A stretch of 64,000 nt of DNA from Lobosporangium transversale (Eukaryota): the NCBI RefSeq assembly GCF_002105155.1, contig NW_019028990.1:806001-870000 (forward strand), in the 5' to 3' direction. This document shows, piece after piece, positions 13,873 to 26,600 of the stretch. The stretch's first letter is position 1, and every line of letters starts with the position of its first letter. The position numbers and the translations under genes are program-made. The notes under the pieces are model-generated. The model was not told where the DNA came from, ran no database searches, and worked only from the letters and a program-made list of their open reading frames with translations.

Positions 13873-14832
13873 TACAGCATACTAAATCTTCCGGATATGA
13901 TCACCACTTTGTTTTTGGATGAATAGACATTTGATCAGTTGGATCAGATGTGCGTGGACTTGACCCGTATTGCGAAAGCTTTGCTCTTCCGAGATGCTAC
14001 CAATCTATTTGTGAGTGAAAGTCATACTGTCTTTTTTATGCGTCTATGTCTATCTTGGCTGATACTCAACTACCAAGAGATCGTTTACGTAAGTGACAGG
14101 TTGATTAAATAATATGTCTTATTTTCTCTCTCTCGATATACATTTCGTAGAGTTTTTTCGTTCAATTTGCTGGGCAAAAGCCTGCACCGGGTGCATTCCC
14201 AAGATCTGTTCTTCAGACAGCACTTTATAGTGATGGGATCATCATGGGATCTCGCAAAGTCCAGGAAGTGATTCGGGATAGCATTCAAGCCACTGTTACG
14301 CCTGCATCATGGCTCTTTGAGTCCTTTGACACATTGCAACATAAATTGGAAGGAACAACGACAACGACGAGCGGCTCCTCAAGCAATGTTTTGGAATCTA
14401 TACCTGAGCATGAGGAGATGGAAGAGAATGATGAGCTATCCTTGCTGAAAAGACAGACTCAGGCTAAGGTGGTTCTTTTTGTAGATAAAGCGATTAAACC
14501 TTTTGTAGATACACTACAGCTTGCTGGGCAAAATACTTCGCGTCAACGACGAAATCTTCGAAAAATTGTACAACTCTGGGAAACATTTCAGGATGAAGCC
14601 GAAGCGTTTGATGATGAAATTCATACAGTAGCGGATGAAATACTGGCACATGAGGATCTTGAGAGTTATATGATTCATACTGCTGCAGTACAAGAGGGAA
14701 CTATTATCAGACCGTTCTACTTTGTGTCATGGGTGTATCATATGAAGCTCTTTGCCATGGAATGGCTGTTGCTTCTTGGCTTTGAGCTCGAGCTTTACTC
14801 TACATTTGAGATCTCTATGATATACGGGTATG

Positions 14833-14865
<33 letters not shown>

Positions 14866-16146
14866 CGGAGCGTATGTACATACAAGCCCTATTAACAATC
14901 ACAACATTATATATATTAGATACGTCGAATGTGTATTGGGGGCCCATTCCCAACATCTTCTACGGATTCAAAGATTTTCTGAATCAGAAAAAAAGCATGG
15001 CGAAAACCCGTTGTCAAAGAAGAGAAAAAAGAAAAAGAAAAAACCTTTGGGAGCCGGTCAGAATACGTTTTCTACACCAGTGTCTGTTGAGAACGCCCAG
15101 TCCGCTGCCTCTACAACTCAGTTAAGCTTAGAGATCCCGAATGCTACCACTGCAGCTACTACTGTAGATTATAATACGAAAAACAATACTACTCCTACTC
15201 CAACTCCCGGTTCAGTTGGGTCACCATCCACATTGGATTCGCATCCTCTGGAGTTAGCATCTACACCAACGATTCGAGTAATGCAAGAAATTATCACCGT
15301 CCGATTGCAACTGGCTTGTGGAGAGTTTTTGGTTCTAGCTGCATTAACCAAGGTGGGTCATCTCACCACAACACCACCATATCTGGCCAGCCATGGTCTC
15401 AATGATTTAGAGACACTTCACCAGCATCGGTTCAAAGCATTTCACCACCTTTCTTCTCCCGAGACTTTATCTTATGAGGCCTATCTACAGCGATTGAACT
15501 GCGGTGGATTTGACGTAAGGATGAGCTGCATGAAAAAGGGACTTGGAATGAGTTGTTTTTTGTCTTTGCTAAATTATCAAAATATCTTTTTTTTTTTTTT
15601 TTTTTTTTCTTTCTTTCTTCTAAGGCTTGGCAAATTTTGACTGACGCGACTAACTATTTCAGCGAAGCAAAGTCTCACTTGGATCGCCTGCAGTCCATGT
15701 CTACGGTGGAGGCACGAGTCGAGCTGTCTGAAGAAACTTGGCGCAAGGTATATGTGTGATTCGAATTTTTGAAGAGACTAAAATCCATATCAGCTTTTGA
15801 CTTTCTTTCTACTTTCTTTCTATCCCTTTATTATTTCTATATATCTGTTTATGTAAATAAGGACATCAAGGATATGATCAAGGTCTGCATCGCCAGCAAA
15901 CTTGCAATCGTTAATCTACTAAAGGATCCACGTATTGTTGAACAAAAAGAATACCGTGAAGATCAGGAGAAGCGTGCTGCTATCAAGAAAGGCAAGGCGA
16001 AACATGGAATCATGACAACATCCATTCGCAATGCAGAAATCGCTTCAAAACGTGTAGATCCACCCTATCATTTCAAGAACCCGGCAAGAAAGCCTCATTT
16101 TGAGTGGAAGTACCATGCCTGGTGGCCAGTCGTTAGTCTTGTTTAG
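12204..16146 (+). CDS. NAA35: N-alpha-acetyltransferase 35, NatC auxiliary subunit (Mak10), multi-exon
   Basis: LKVGQLIQLESFSLFDAMCAIV|IMDPKMDTGM, TWLSGHALSQTLFTSCYI, YEEEDF, N.SRQRRNL, LLGFELELY...E, RFKAF..LSSP and C-terminal F.WKYH.WWPVV. Confidence 0.93.
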
Positions 16147-16242
16147 TCTGGCCCCTAGAAGAGCTAGTAACTGTTATGATGTTTTATGAAAATATAGAAC
16201 TGAAACAAAGAAACTAGACTACTAAGTAGTAAATATAGTCTG

Positions 16243-19200
16243 CTAATACGCAGAAGTCTCTGCAAATTTAAGGATCTCGTCGAAATAGTCGGAGCTGATC
16301 TTCTGTACAGTGTTCACGCGCTCGTCCTCATCCAGAGGTAGATCTGTCAGGGATGCAGTCTCCTGTATGGACTATAATGCCATAAATATTTTGTTAGTAT
16401 AAATTTGCGATTCTCTTCCAAAAGCGTTTATGGATATGATAACAGGATACATACCAACTCCTTCAAATCTCGCAGCAATGTTGTGCATCTTGATGCCATT
16501 TCTGAAACACAGACCTGGAGCGAAGGACTGTCTGTAGATTGATGCGCTAGAAGCAATGGCAACTTTTTTAGCAGTGCCTGTACCTCGCTTTGAAGAATTT
16601 GGGTATCTTTCTGAGGGACCAGATCGTTTGCGTAAGACACTTTATTGCCCCTCATCAGCAAATAACCATCACGCCCTTCAAAGTCTGAACAGCACTTCAG
16701 ATACTCCTGATAGATCGCTCCTCCATTGGCCCAACCCTGCACTTTATTCTGATTAATCATTCCCAAAACCCTGTTGAGTGTCGATAGGTCGCCTTGTAGG
16801 ATTGAAACAGGTGCCAGACTTGACAAGATGAGCTTGTGCCCTCTTTCGTATTCTCCCGCTTTGAGTAAACTGAATACCTCCATGTAAAGTTCACCATTGT
16901 ACTTGGCTCTAACGGCTCTCGCACTCCAAAGCCATGCTTCGGGGATCCTGAGATCTTTCAATAAGAACGAATTCTTTTCACCCTCAAATTCCCATCGTTC
17001 AGTGTCAACGGACGGAACTAATGTTGCCATCCCTTTTGAAGGAGCAGAGATAGATGACGAAGGAGAACACGAAAGCGTTGGGAGATCGACATGTCGTTCA
17101 AGAATCTGACGAATGACCAGCTCCCTTGATGAAGCCGTCTCAAGATGAAGCGCAACAAAGACCGCCCATTCCCACAGGCCTAGATTCTCTAACTGGAAGA
17201 TGAAGCTTTGGCATATTTGAGCATGAGACAGCTCTGATCGAAATTGGCTAGCATGGAGCGACTGACAAAGCACCATATAGAACAGCCAACTTTGACGGTA
17301 ATCCAGGCAGACAGGACCCATCCCTAATGGATGGAGCACATCCTCCAAGGCCTTAGATGGATGTGTCAGCAGTGCAATCAGTTGAAACAAGAAATCAAAG
17401 TGTTCTGGCTCACTGTCCGTGTTCCGTTGGTACCATGGTGTTGGCCTTGCTACAGATTTGCGCTGAGACATTGAGGCACTATAATGACTCAAAGCCTGCC
17501 CTAAGTCTGCACCAGGTGTATTACTGTGCCATAAATACAATCCAAATGCTCGCCGCCAGTCTAACCCGTCTGTCACAAATGATTGAGGCTCATCCTTGGG
17601 CGCAATATTAATATCCAGTGCACCACTCAAAAGCGCATACGCCTTCATGTAGCTAGAAGATACCCCTCTGCCTTGATCAGCTTCTTGGTAGATCTTCATT
17701 TGGTTCTCTAGTCTCAACAAAGGCTGTGCTCCACGACCTGATTGAGCGATGAGTGTAGCGAGACGCAGGTTTCGAGACTGCACCGCCGCCACACTAGCCT
17801 TTTGACGTTTGTTGCCCGCTAAGAGCACAAAGATGGCTTCCTGCTGTGCTAATGGTCCACCTTCGGCTTCAATACGCCTCAAGTCCGCTTCCAGAGACGA
17901 CTTCGTCACGTATGAGAGCCAATTGCTGCATCTAGTCCTGCGACCAAGTGATTCATATGATTCACGCGCTAGGTCGTGCATCTCTTCCATGTTGGCTGGC
18001 GTTGGTTGAGGATCAAACAGAGATTGACCTAAGATCCATGCGTACACTTCCTCGGAAGTCAAGTTATGCTGTAGCTCCTTGAAATGATTCATCAGCGTTG
18101 TAAATGATGTACCTTCGTTAATGGATGCCCTAGGTTCACCATTCTCGTTCACAGTGATATTGGTGTTGTAAATTAGAGCCTGCATCGAAATAATGTGCCG
18201 CAATACTTCCTCATTTTCCGAACCCGCGACAACCCTGACTTTAAGAAGTTGGATATTTGATAATGAATCCTGGCTGGGCTTTTTCTGTCTAATCTTTCCT
18301 CTTTTGTTTGAAAACCCGTTATAATAAGTATACATGATTAAAAACTTTATTATTTATAGTAACTTTCATCCCTATACCTCAATAAACCACGAAAAAGCAA
18401 AATCTTACCCCTCCTTGACATCCTCGAAACCACAAAGAGTTCCATGGACCGCCAACATGCCATTCGGACCCCAGCCAACCTGGCAGGAACGTCCCATCAT
18501 CAGGCCAGCATCTGCCAAGAGATTTCCCTTTCGTGTCAAGAGTGAATCTTCATAGAGTGATCGTGTAAACTTGCGTGGCGGTCGTCTCAAGGGAAATGCT
18601 TGGGCATCAAATCCTTGCAGAAAAGAAGACCGGGTCTGGTTTTCATCCGTGGCGGTTCCGCCGATTAATGATTGAGCAGTAATAAAATGGGCCGTTGAAA
18701 CATTTATCCAATAGACGGTTCGACATATCCAAAAAGTAAAAATAGAAAATAAAAAAATAAAATAAATAATAAAAATAAAAATAAAAAGGGATAAATGGTG
18801 TCAGTTAAATGTTCACTTTATTCACGAGTCCACCAAAGTATAAATGGCAACGGGCAGTTTCTATTGCCCAAATTCATTGCTTTTCTCTTTTTCAATCTCA
18901 TATCGCTTTCTCTTTTTCTTCACTCGCATCGACATCTGATCTGCATCTCGTTATGTAGCCATCGCTGGCCATACCCTCTCCGATGAAAAACACACATCAA
19001 GCCAGGCTTACCTCGGCTCCCAAGCCCCCAGCGTGTTCTCCTATAACCTCAGAATGTTCGGCATTGTCAGAGGAGGTTGACCAAACACTGGCACGTTTAG
19101 AAAGTCGGCCCTGATGCGAAGATGGCTCTGTAAACAGTGAGGCCCGCATCATATTCATACGTTGGGGATCGCGATTCTTGGAGAGGCGAGTAGAATTATA

Positions 19201-22200
19201 GGTGTTGTCATTACGGGAACTTAACGCAGTAACATCGTGTTGTTTTGATTTCGACTTTAAGCCATCTTTACGTTGACTTGAGCTGGCCAATGTTGGAAAT
19301 AAATGAGAACCATCACCTTCATTGAGTGTATTCATGTCCTTTTCATCGTCATCCCCCAAGCCGTATGTCGAAAAATGCTCTACTCGGAATGTCCAAGTGC
19401 CATCATCTGTGTTGAAATCAATGAACGTTGTCTCGGGTTGTCGCTTGAGACGCTTCAGGAAATGAGCGTATTGAGGGGATGATTTGTCAAACTTGATAGG
19501 CTCACGCGTGGTCTTATCCATAGGCCAGCATTGCTCAAGAGATATAAGGGCTGGGACATTCAAACCCTGGCCCCGCGGGGGTTTATTATGCTCGTCTGGA
19601 TAAACAGTGCAGACCCTAGGCCGGAAAATGACAATATGCCCACAAATAGATGATAGCGAAGGGACAGTTGACAGATCGACAGGCTCCAAGAAGCTGACAC
19701 TACCGCAACCAGGAAGTCCAACTTTGAAATCCTTGACACTTTGAAGCTCTGAACGCGACATCTTGCGGAGATCTTCCAGAGAAGGCTCCATCCAGTATTC
19801 CCCTTCAAGTTTGCTTTCTGTCAAAGCGAAGGTGGAAGAGGAGGAAGGCTCATGTCGAGAAGTACCTGCTTGGGTCTGAGTAACGGGTTTACCGTTGGTA
19901 GGAGTAGACCTCTCAACATTAGACAGAGACTTTGAAAGAGAATCACTTGCTGCAGATTCCAAAGAAGGATTGAATGTGACGCCTGCCCTCTGCGACTGGT
20001 TAGTTTGGAGCAAGGGCTGGTCCGTTGCTGTGCCTCGAGGCTTCAAATCAAGTTTCTTAACACTACGACGCGGAACGTAGTCATCCGAAGAAAAGGCAGA
20101 ATCATCGCTAAGCCCCTCAAGGAGCAAAAGGCTCTTTCTGCTAGCGGGTAAGTCGCCCCCAGCAACACTCGATGAGAATGTGGCGGTAGATGTTGGGTGA
20201 AGACGGATCTGAGTGTGACGAGGACTGAACCGGACTGGAGGAATTAATGCAGGGAGCTTCTGTGCTGGCTCTGATCGAGATAAAACAGCGGGCTGTGACT
20301 TCGCTGCTGGGGTAGTAGTATCTCTTTGGAACAATGGGTTGTCACCATAAATATTAGCATTCACAGAAGCTACCATTGCTGGCTGGGTAGAAGCAGTATT
20401 GGATGCCCCTCCTAAGAAACTGTTACCAAGGGTGCTAGCCCCAAATGGATTGCCTGTTGTTCCAGAACCAAAGAGCGAAAGTGCTTGCGTGGTACCAGTG
20501 GTTCCAAAGGCTGGAGTTGTTCCGAACCCTGTTGTCGAAGGTTGTGAAAAAAGCCCGCCAGTAGTTGCGGGTTTGCTCGTACCAAAAAGACTATTAGTAG
20601 CAGTTGAAGATCCAAAGGCTGGTGCAGCTGAAGCACTGGGGTTGCCGAAAAGGCTTGTCGATGTTGCTGATGCAGTAGGGAAGAGTGACGATCCGGCGGG
20701 GTTGCTGCCAAACAGCCCACCACCTGTGCCAGAGGCTGGAGTTGTGCCAAATCCACCGAAAGTTGGCGCAGCTGCAGTTGAGGTTGCAGTGTTTCCAAAT
20801 AACGAAGAAGTAGCTGGCTTGGTGGCGCCAAAAGCGTTTGTAGTATTGCCAAGTCCAAAACCTAGTCCGCTAGATGCTGGTGCTGTCGATGTTTGAGTAG
20901 CGCCAAATGCTCCAAATGCAGATGGTGCAGAAGCGGCTGGTGCACCAAACGTGTTTGTCGTTCCAGAAGCAGGGTTGCCGAATAAACTGGGGGTACTTGA
21001 GGTAGCTCCAAAGGCGTTAGTCGTGTTCCCAAATCCTGAGGCAGGTTGACTGGTGGCTGTGGCACCGAATCCGAATCCTGAGGCAGGCTTAGCAGCTGTC
21101 GCAGCGCCAAATCCTCCAGCTGATCCAAATCCAGATGTGCCAGTAGTGGAGCCGAATCCTGATGAGGGTTGAGCACCGAACGCATTAGTAGTTCCACCAA
21201 AACCAGAAGATGGGGTGGTAGTTGCTGCTCCAAATCCGGCTATCATTGAGTTAGAAATGGGTAAAGGTTGGTTAATAGCTTGATAAATTAATAGATGGCT
21301 ATACTAATATTTCTTCACAAGCCACTTGTGATAAATTGACATACATGTTGCTGGAGCGGTTGATCCAAAAGCAGAAGTGGACCCAAACCCGCCTGTTGCG
21401 CCTGTTCCAAAGCCAGATGTTCCAGTTCCGAAGCCCCCCAGACCAGATGTCGTACTGGTGGTTCCAAATCCAGTTGAAGGCTGGGATCCAAATCCCCCTG
21501 TAGCAGGTTGCTGACCAAAACCAGGAGCAGCACTTCCAAAACCAGCTGCTTGGCCTGGAAATTTACGGCCTTGTTGGTAATCTTGCAAACGAAGCTCCTG
21601 TTAAGATTGGAAGTAACAGCGTGTATGATGGTTAGAATATAATCCATAGGCATAGAGAGCATAACATAAATGCTTCATTGGAGTAAAGTTTATCTATCTT
21701 TTACTTGCCTCAAAAGAGTATCCACGATATGCAGGCATAGCAGTGATACTTTGATAATGACTATTTTGTCCCGTAGCTGGTTCCTTTTCCACGAAAGCTG
21801 AGAATGGAGGGTTGATGGTGCCATTACCGCCTGCTGGGTTCATGCCTCCCCCAAGCATGCCTCCACCACCAAAAGTGTTTGTTGCTAGGAATCAAAAAAA
21901 AAGTAAAGAACCCAAACGATCAGTCACTTAGCTCATCTAAATTTTTAAAACAGCTTAGCACTACCGTGAAGAAAAGAATAAAGCAGCTTTACCTCCTCCG
22001 AAACCAGAAGTTGTTGCTGCACCAAATCCTGGGGTAGATTGAGTTCCGAACCCTGAAGTACCTGGTTTAGGCCCAAACCCAGAGGTAGATCCAAATCCAC
22101 CTGTTGTTGAGGCTGCTAATGTCACAAATTTTTTTTTTTTAAAAAAAAATAAAATAAAATAAAATAAAATAAAATAAAATAAAAAGGTTAATGCACTGGT

Positions 22201-23025
22201 GTTTTAAACTATCACGATATTTGGATATTTTACTTTATCGCTACATAAAATTTAACTCTTACATCCAAAGCCGCCAAATCCCCCGGCTGTAGTTGGATTG
22301 CTGGCACCTGAGTCAGAGTTAGGCATGACAGAATAAGTAAGTTTTGAGGAAAGGTAATCAAAAATAACTGGAGAATTAAAAAAAAAAAAAAAAAAAAAAA
22401 AAGAAATGAAAGGGAAATGAAAATACAACGAACCTCCAAATGTGCTACCGAAACCACTCTGTGGCTGCGCCTGCGCCTGAACACCGAAGCCTGTGGGAGT
22501 GCTACCAAAGCCGCCTACAAAAGATAAGGAAAAAAAGAGTGATTATCAGCGGTGATGTAAATCCCATGAAGGTCTACTTCGCAATTATATGCTTTTACTT
22601 ATTTTTTTCTTCTTCATTTTATTTTATTTTAAAGAAAAAAAGACTTACCTCCACCGAATCCTGTGCTAGCTGGTGCTGCACCGAATGCATTAGTTGTTGC
22701 ACCAGTACCGAATCCTGTGTTTTGTGTAGCTCCACCAAACCCAGTGTTGGCAGCTGTTCCAAAACCAGATGCAGGAGCGCCGAATGAGCCTAGCAAGAGG
22801 ACAAGAAAAAAAACGTGTTAAAAGAGTTCTCTAGATGTTTATGTCTGAGTGTTTAATCAGTTCATTTATAGTCATTTATAACACCGAATGGGAGTGATCA
22901 AGAATTTGTTTATTATTTAATCGGGACTTACTTGTAGACCCAAACGCGTTTTGACCCGATCCAAAGCCTGTATTTTGCTGTTGCTGACCGCCAAAGCCAG
23001 TGCTGCCGAATCCAGAGTTATACAT
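16243..23025 (-). CDS. NUP98: Nup98-Nup96 nucleoporin precursor (Nup145/Nup189 orthologue), multi-exon
   Basis: N-terminal GFG/SLFG repeats, GLEBS motif (SITAMPAYRGYSFE|ELRLQDYQQGRK), autoproteolytic domain with W.FRVEHFS (HFS at 19369-19377), and Nup96 region (DAGLMMGRS..VGWGPNG, LDWRRAFGLYLW, FQLENLGLWEWAVFVALH); ends ETSAY*. Confidence 0.95.
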
Positions 23026-23639
23026 GATGGATTTTCTGACTGGCAGCTAATCCTACTGAATCTACTTTTGGAAGAGTATGTTTAATGTTTTTCTAGAGGA
23101 GTTATGAAGGAACAAAAATGTTGACAGTCCTGCCAGCAGTCTGAATAAGAGAAGGAATAGAATAGGAAAAAAAACACAAAATAGAACTAGTGATAATGGG
23201 AAGCTGGATTTTGCCGCCGGCGTCGAGCACACAAGAAGATGTGAAGGATGCGCAGATGGCAGGAAGTAGAGAGGTGATGTAAAAATGAATGTGATTATTA
23301 TGATTTATGAGCTTTTGTTGCGCGTTATCGCTTTCCTTTTATGTGTGGTTGCACTGCCAATGATGTTTGTGGCGCAGTGAATAGACTCACGTCATGTGAT
23401 TCACATTTTTTCCCAAATCACTATTCTAATCTGCTGTGCCATGTCGGCACAGCAGATAATTTTTAATATCATCATGCATATTAATCAAAACATAGCCACA
23501 CGTTATTGTTCCCAAGCATCTGCACATGAATGTAAATGTAAAGTCTTTTTTATTAATAAAGCAAAATGGCCAAGTAACAGTCTGGAATTTTTAACAAATT
23601 AATTACTGTGTCGTCTGTCTGGCTTGATGCCACGCTGTG

Positions 23640-26600
23640 CTAGTTCATGCTATCAGTGTCTAGGCGATTACCCTCTGTTTGAGCTGCATTGGCCTCCATT
23701 TTTTGCTTGCCATCATATTTACGCGCGTCACAATCTTTACTTTGATCGTGGTCTTGTACATTGTCTTCTCCCTTGATTTCAAGCTCATTGTCGGCTCGCT
23801 CTTTTTCTTCATGAGGTTCTCCAGCTTGGTCATCACCTTGAGTTTGGACAGGTGAGACCTCTGACGCTGTGCCTACCTTCTCTTTCGTATCGCCGTTACT
23901 AGCGTTCAGCTCTTCGTTCACGGGCTGGTCCTCGCCCTTGGTATCCCTCGTACCTGTTCCTGTTGATGTTAATGTCTCATCCACTGCAGTTTGATTGTCT
24001 GGCCCTGCAAGCTTGTTTTGCAAACTTTGAGGAGCTTTGAGTGATGGTGGAGGCGCTTTACACATGGTTGTGGCCCTGGATGCCAATTCGGCAATACTGA
24101 TTTTCTTTCGGCTCTTCCAATCTTCGAGATCAGGCTCCATATCCATACTTGCGTTTGTATCATTATCTTTAGTGTGGATCGATGGTGTTGGCGATGATGG
24201 TATCTCCATACCACCTAGCAGAGCTGTTGTATCCAGATGCGGGTTAGGCAAATTTGATTGGGAAGCAGCTACTCCATCGTCACCTATATCTTGGGCATGG
24301 CCAGCACTGGAATCTTTGATGTCATTATCCTCAATGATAATCGCGGGAATAACGCTTGCCGAATCATTGAGAGCCATCTTCTCCATTTTTAGTTGGTCGC
24401 CTTCCTGATCATACTTTTCGTCTGCCTGTTGCGGTTGCTTTGTTGATACGGCATGATCTTTTTGCTGCTGTGGGCGATTCAGCTGGTTTTCTGGTATATC
24501 CTCAGAGGCATTCATGCCATTGTATTCTAAATGAGTTTCAACTGTTGTCGAAGCCGAAGTCATACTTACATCCTGCTCTGTGTTGCTGGATAGTTGCCGT
24601 ACCAATTCCTTGGGATATAGTTCTGCTCCCCCGACTTCGATAAACAATTTGCTGTAACATACTGCCAACAATTGGCCCATCTCACCTTCTGGAGCCATTT
24701 TCTCGTTCAACTTCTTAAGCTCGCAAAGCCTCTGTAAGACCACTAACCCAGGTAAATTTGTAGCACCTTGCTCAAACATCCTAGCTTCATAGATGGCTGC
24801 CTTTTCTCGAAATTCTGTTCTCGGAATCACCTCTGCCACTGGAATTGCGGGAGGTGATCCCACAAGATCTGCAAGTACTGCGAGGTAAGAGTCATAAAGC
24901 AATTCCCAAACTTCTTTCAGATCTAATAGCAGGCCGGTAGCTCGGCGGATCTTGCGCGCAAGACTATTGAGGGTGTCAACATCTTGTGTCTCCTTGGCAA
25001 GGATAATAAGGAATTTTGTGTACTCGCCCACATATATGAAATGTTTGCCACTCCGCTCAAATTCAGGTTTCCATACAGAGCTGACTAGTGTTTTTTGATT
25101 GCTCTTAATCTGAAATAGGCTTAACATCTCTGCTTTGGCTCGCTCCGCATCATGGTAGATGTAATATAGAATACATGCTTGCTGGAAAGATGATTAAAGA
25201 AAATTCATGAATTTTAGCAATCAAGCACTTTTTTCATCACGAAGACAAAGTGGTCAGTAGCAAAGAAAAAGATACATCGTGGAACTTACCCTAAATACAG
25301 GTCGGTGATGCCAATGCCGTTTATCGGCATGCCTAATTCTTGCTAAACCTTCACACAGCAATCGAAAGGCATCTCGCTTTTCTTTACCATGACTATCTTT
25401 CTTAATTAGTGAGTCGGATGCGGCAGCACCACGATCTTCCATATGAGGCTCTAGGAAATATGATTCGCCTTCTGCAGCATTCAGCTTTGAGCTCATCAGT
25501 GTTTTTGTCATTAAAGGCTTAACAACGGCTGGCTAAACCAAGGTATTTGGTTAAAAGTAGAATAAGGATCTGTTAGTAACAAACGTAAATGCTTTCGGAC
25601 AGATTAACCGCATTCTTATTAAAAGCATCGTTCATACATTAATCATATCTTTAGCCAGGTATTTGGACAGTGTTGAAATGATTTTGTAAACCGCCTCAAA
25701 GATCCTCTCATGCCCAGGCTGCCCAGAACGATGAGGAACTTTTTCCGCTGCCAGCTTGTACAATGCCAAGACTTGTGTTGGTCTCCCCTTCAATTTCTCA
25801 ATGCATTTGCCAAGCATGAAAGGCGTCCGCCAGTTCTGGTCATTGAGCATCATCGAACGCTTAAAACAAAATGCGGCAAACTTATACACTTGCTCCTCAC
25901 TGGGCGCTGGAATAGGCACCATTTTTGTACCACCAGTATCAGAGAGTATCTCCAGCCCCCCACTTCGACGCATAGCCTCCATACGCATGGGGCGTGACAG
26001 GATGCCGTGGACTAGATTTCCAAAGTCGAACCAAAATAGTGCTTGGCGTTGATACCACTCATCATCAGCGTTAGAATTTGCTTCTGGCTTCTTTATAGCC
26101 CCCAAGTCACAGGTTTGGTACGATTCACAGTCCTCAGAGGCCGCCCGCTCCTTCTCATTATTGTCTTGACCGGCTTCATTCCAAAGCTCATTATTGTCAA
26201 TTCTATGTTGGTGACGGTTCATTTCAGGAATCAAAGCTATTTCATTGACGCTGTTCTTGGCTTTTACTCGAGATAACCTCTTCGGCGCCAACCGGACTGC
26301 CTGTGCAAAACATTGAAATGCTCTCTTTTGCAGGTCTGTAATCTTTAAAAAGTTGTTTTTGATGTCTGATGCGCTAAAGATCAAATTTTCATCCGCCAGG
26401 TACGCATAGCAACTCGCCAGCGAGTACCATGAGTCCCAAGATTCTGGATTTACATGAATATCCGTCCTGAACTGATCAATTGCGTGCTGTAGATCCTCGA
26501 GTGGCTTAAACTGATTATTCTTGGCCTTATTCCGAAACTGAGCTAGAAAAATCTTGCCTTGGATTGCGTATATTCGCCTATAAACAGATGCCAGTTTGCT

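Noticed and set aside
20399..20896. 165-aa plus-strand ORF and similar antisense ORFs over NUP98, LYS4, the CSC1 gene and the CNH gene
   Set aside because: Shadow ORFs caused by codon and repeat bias of the real genes on the opposite strand
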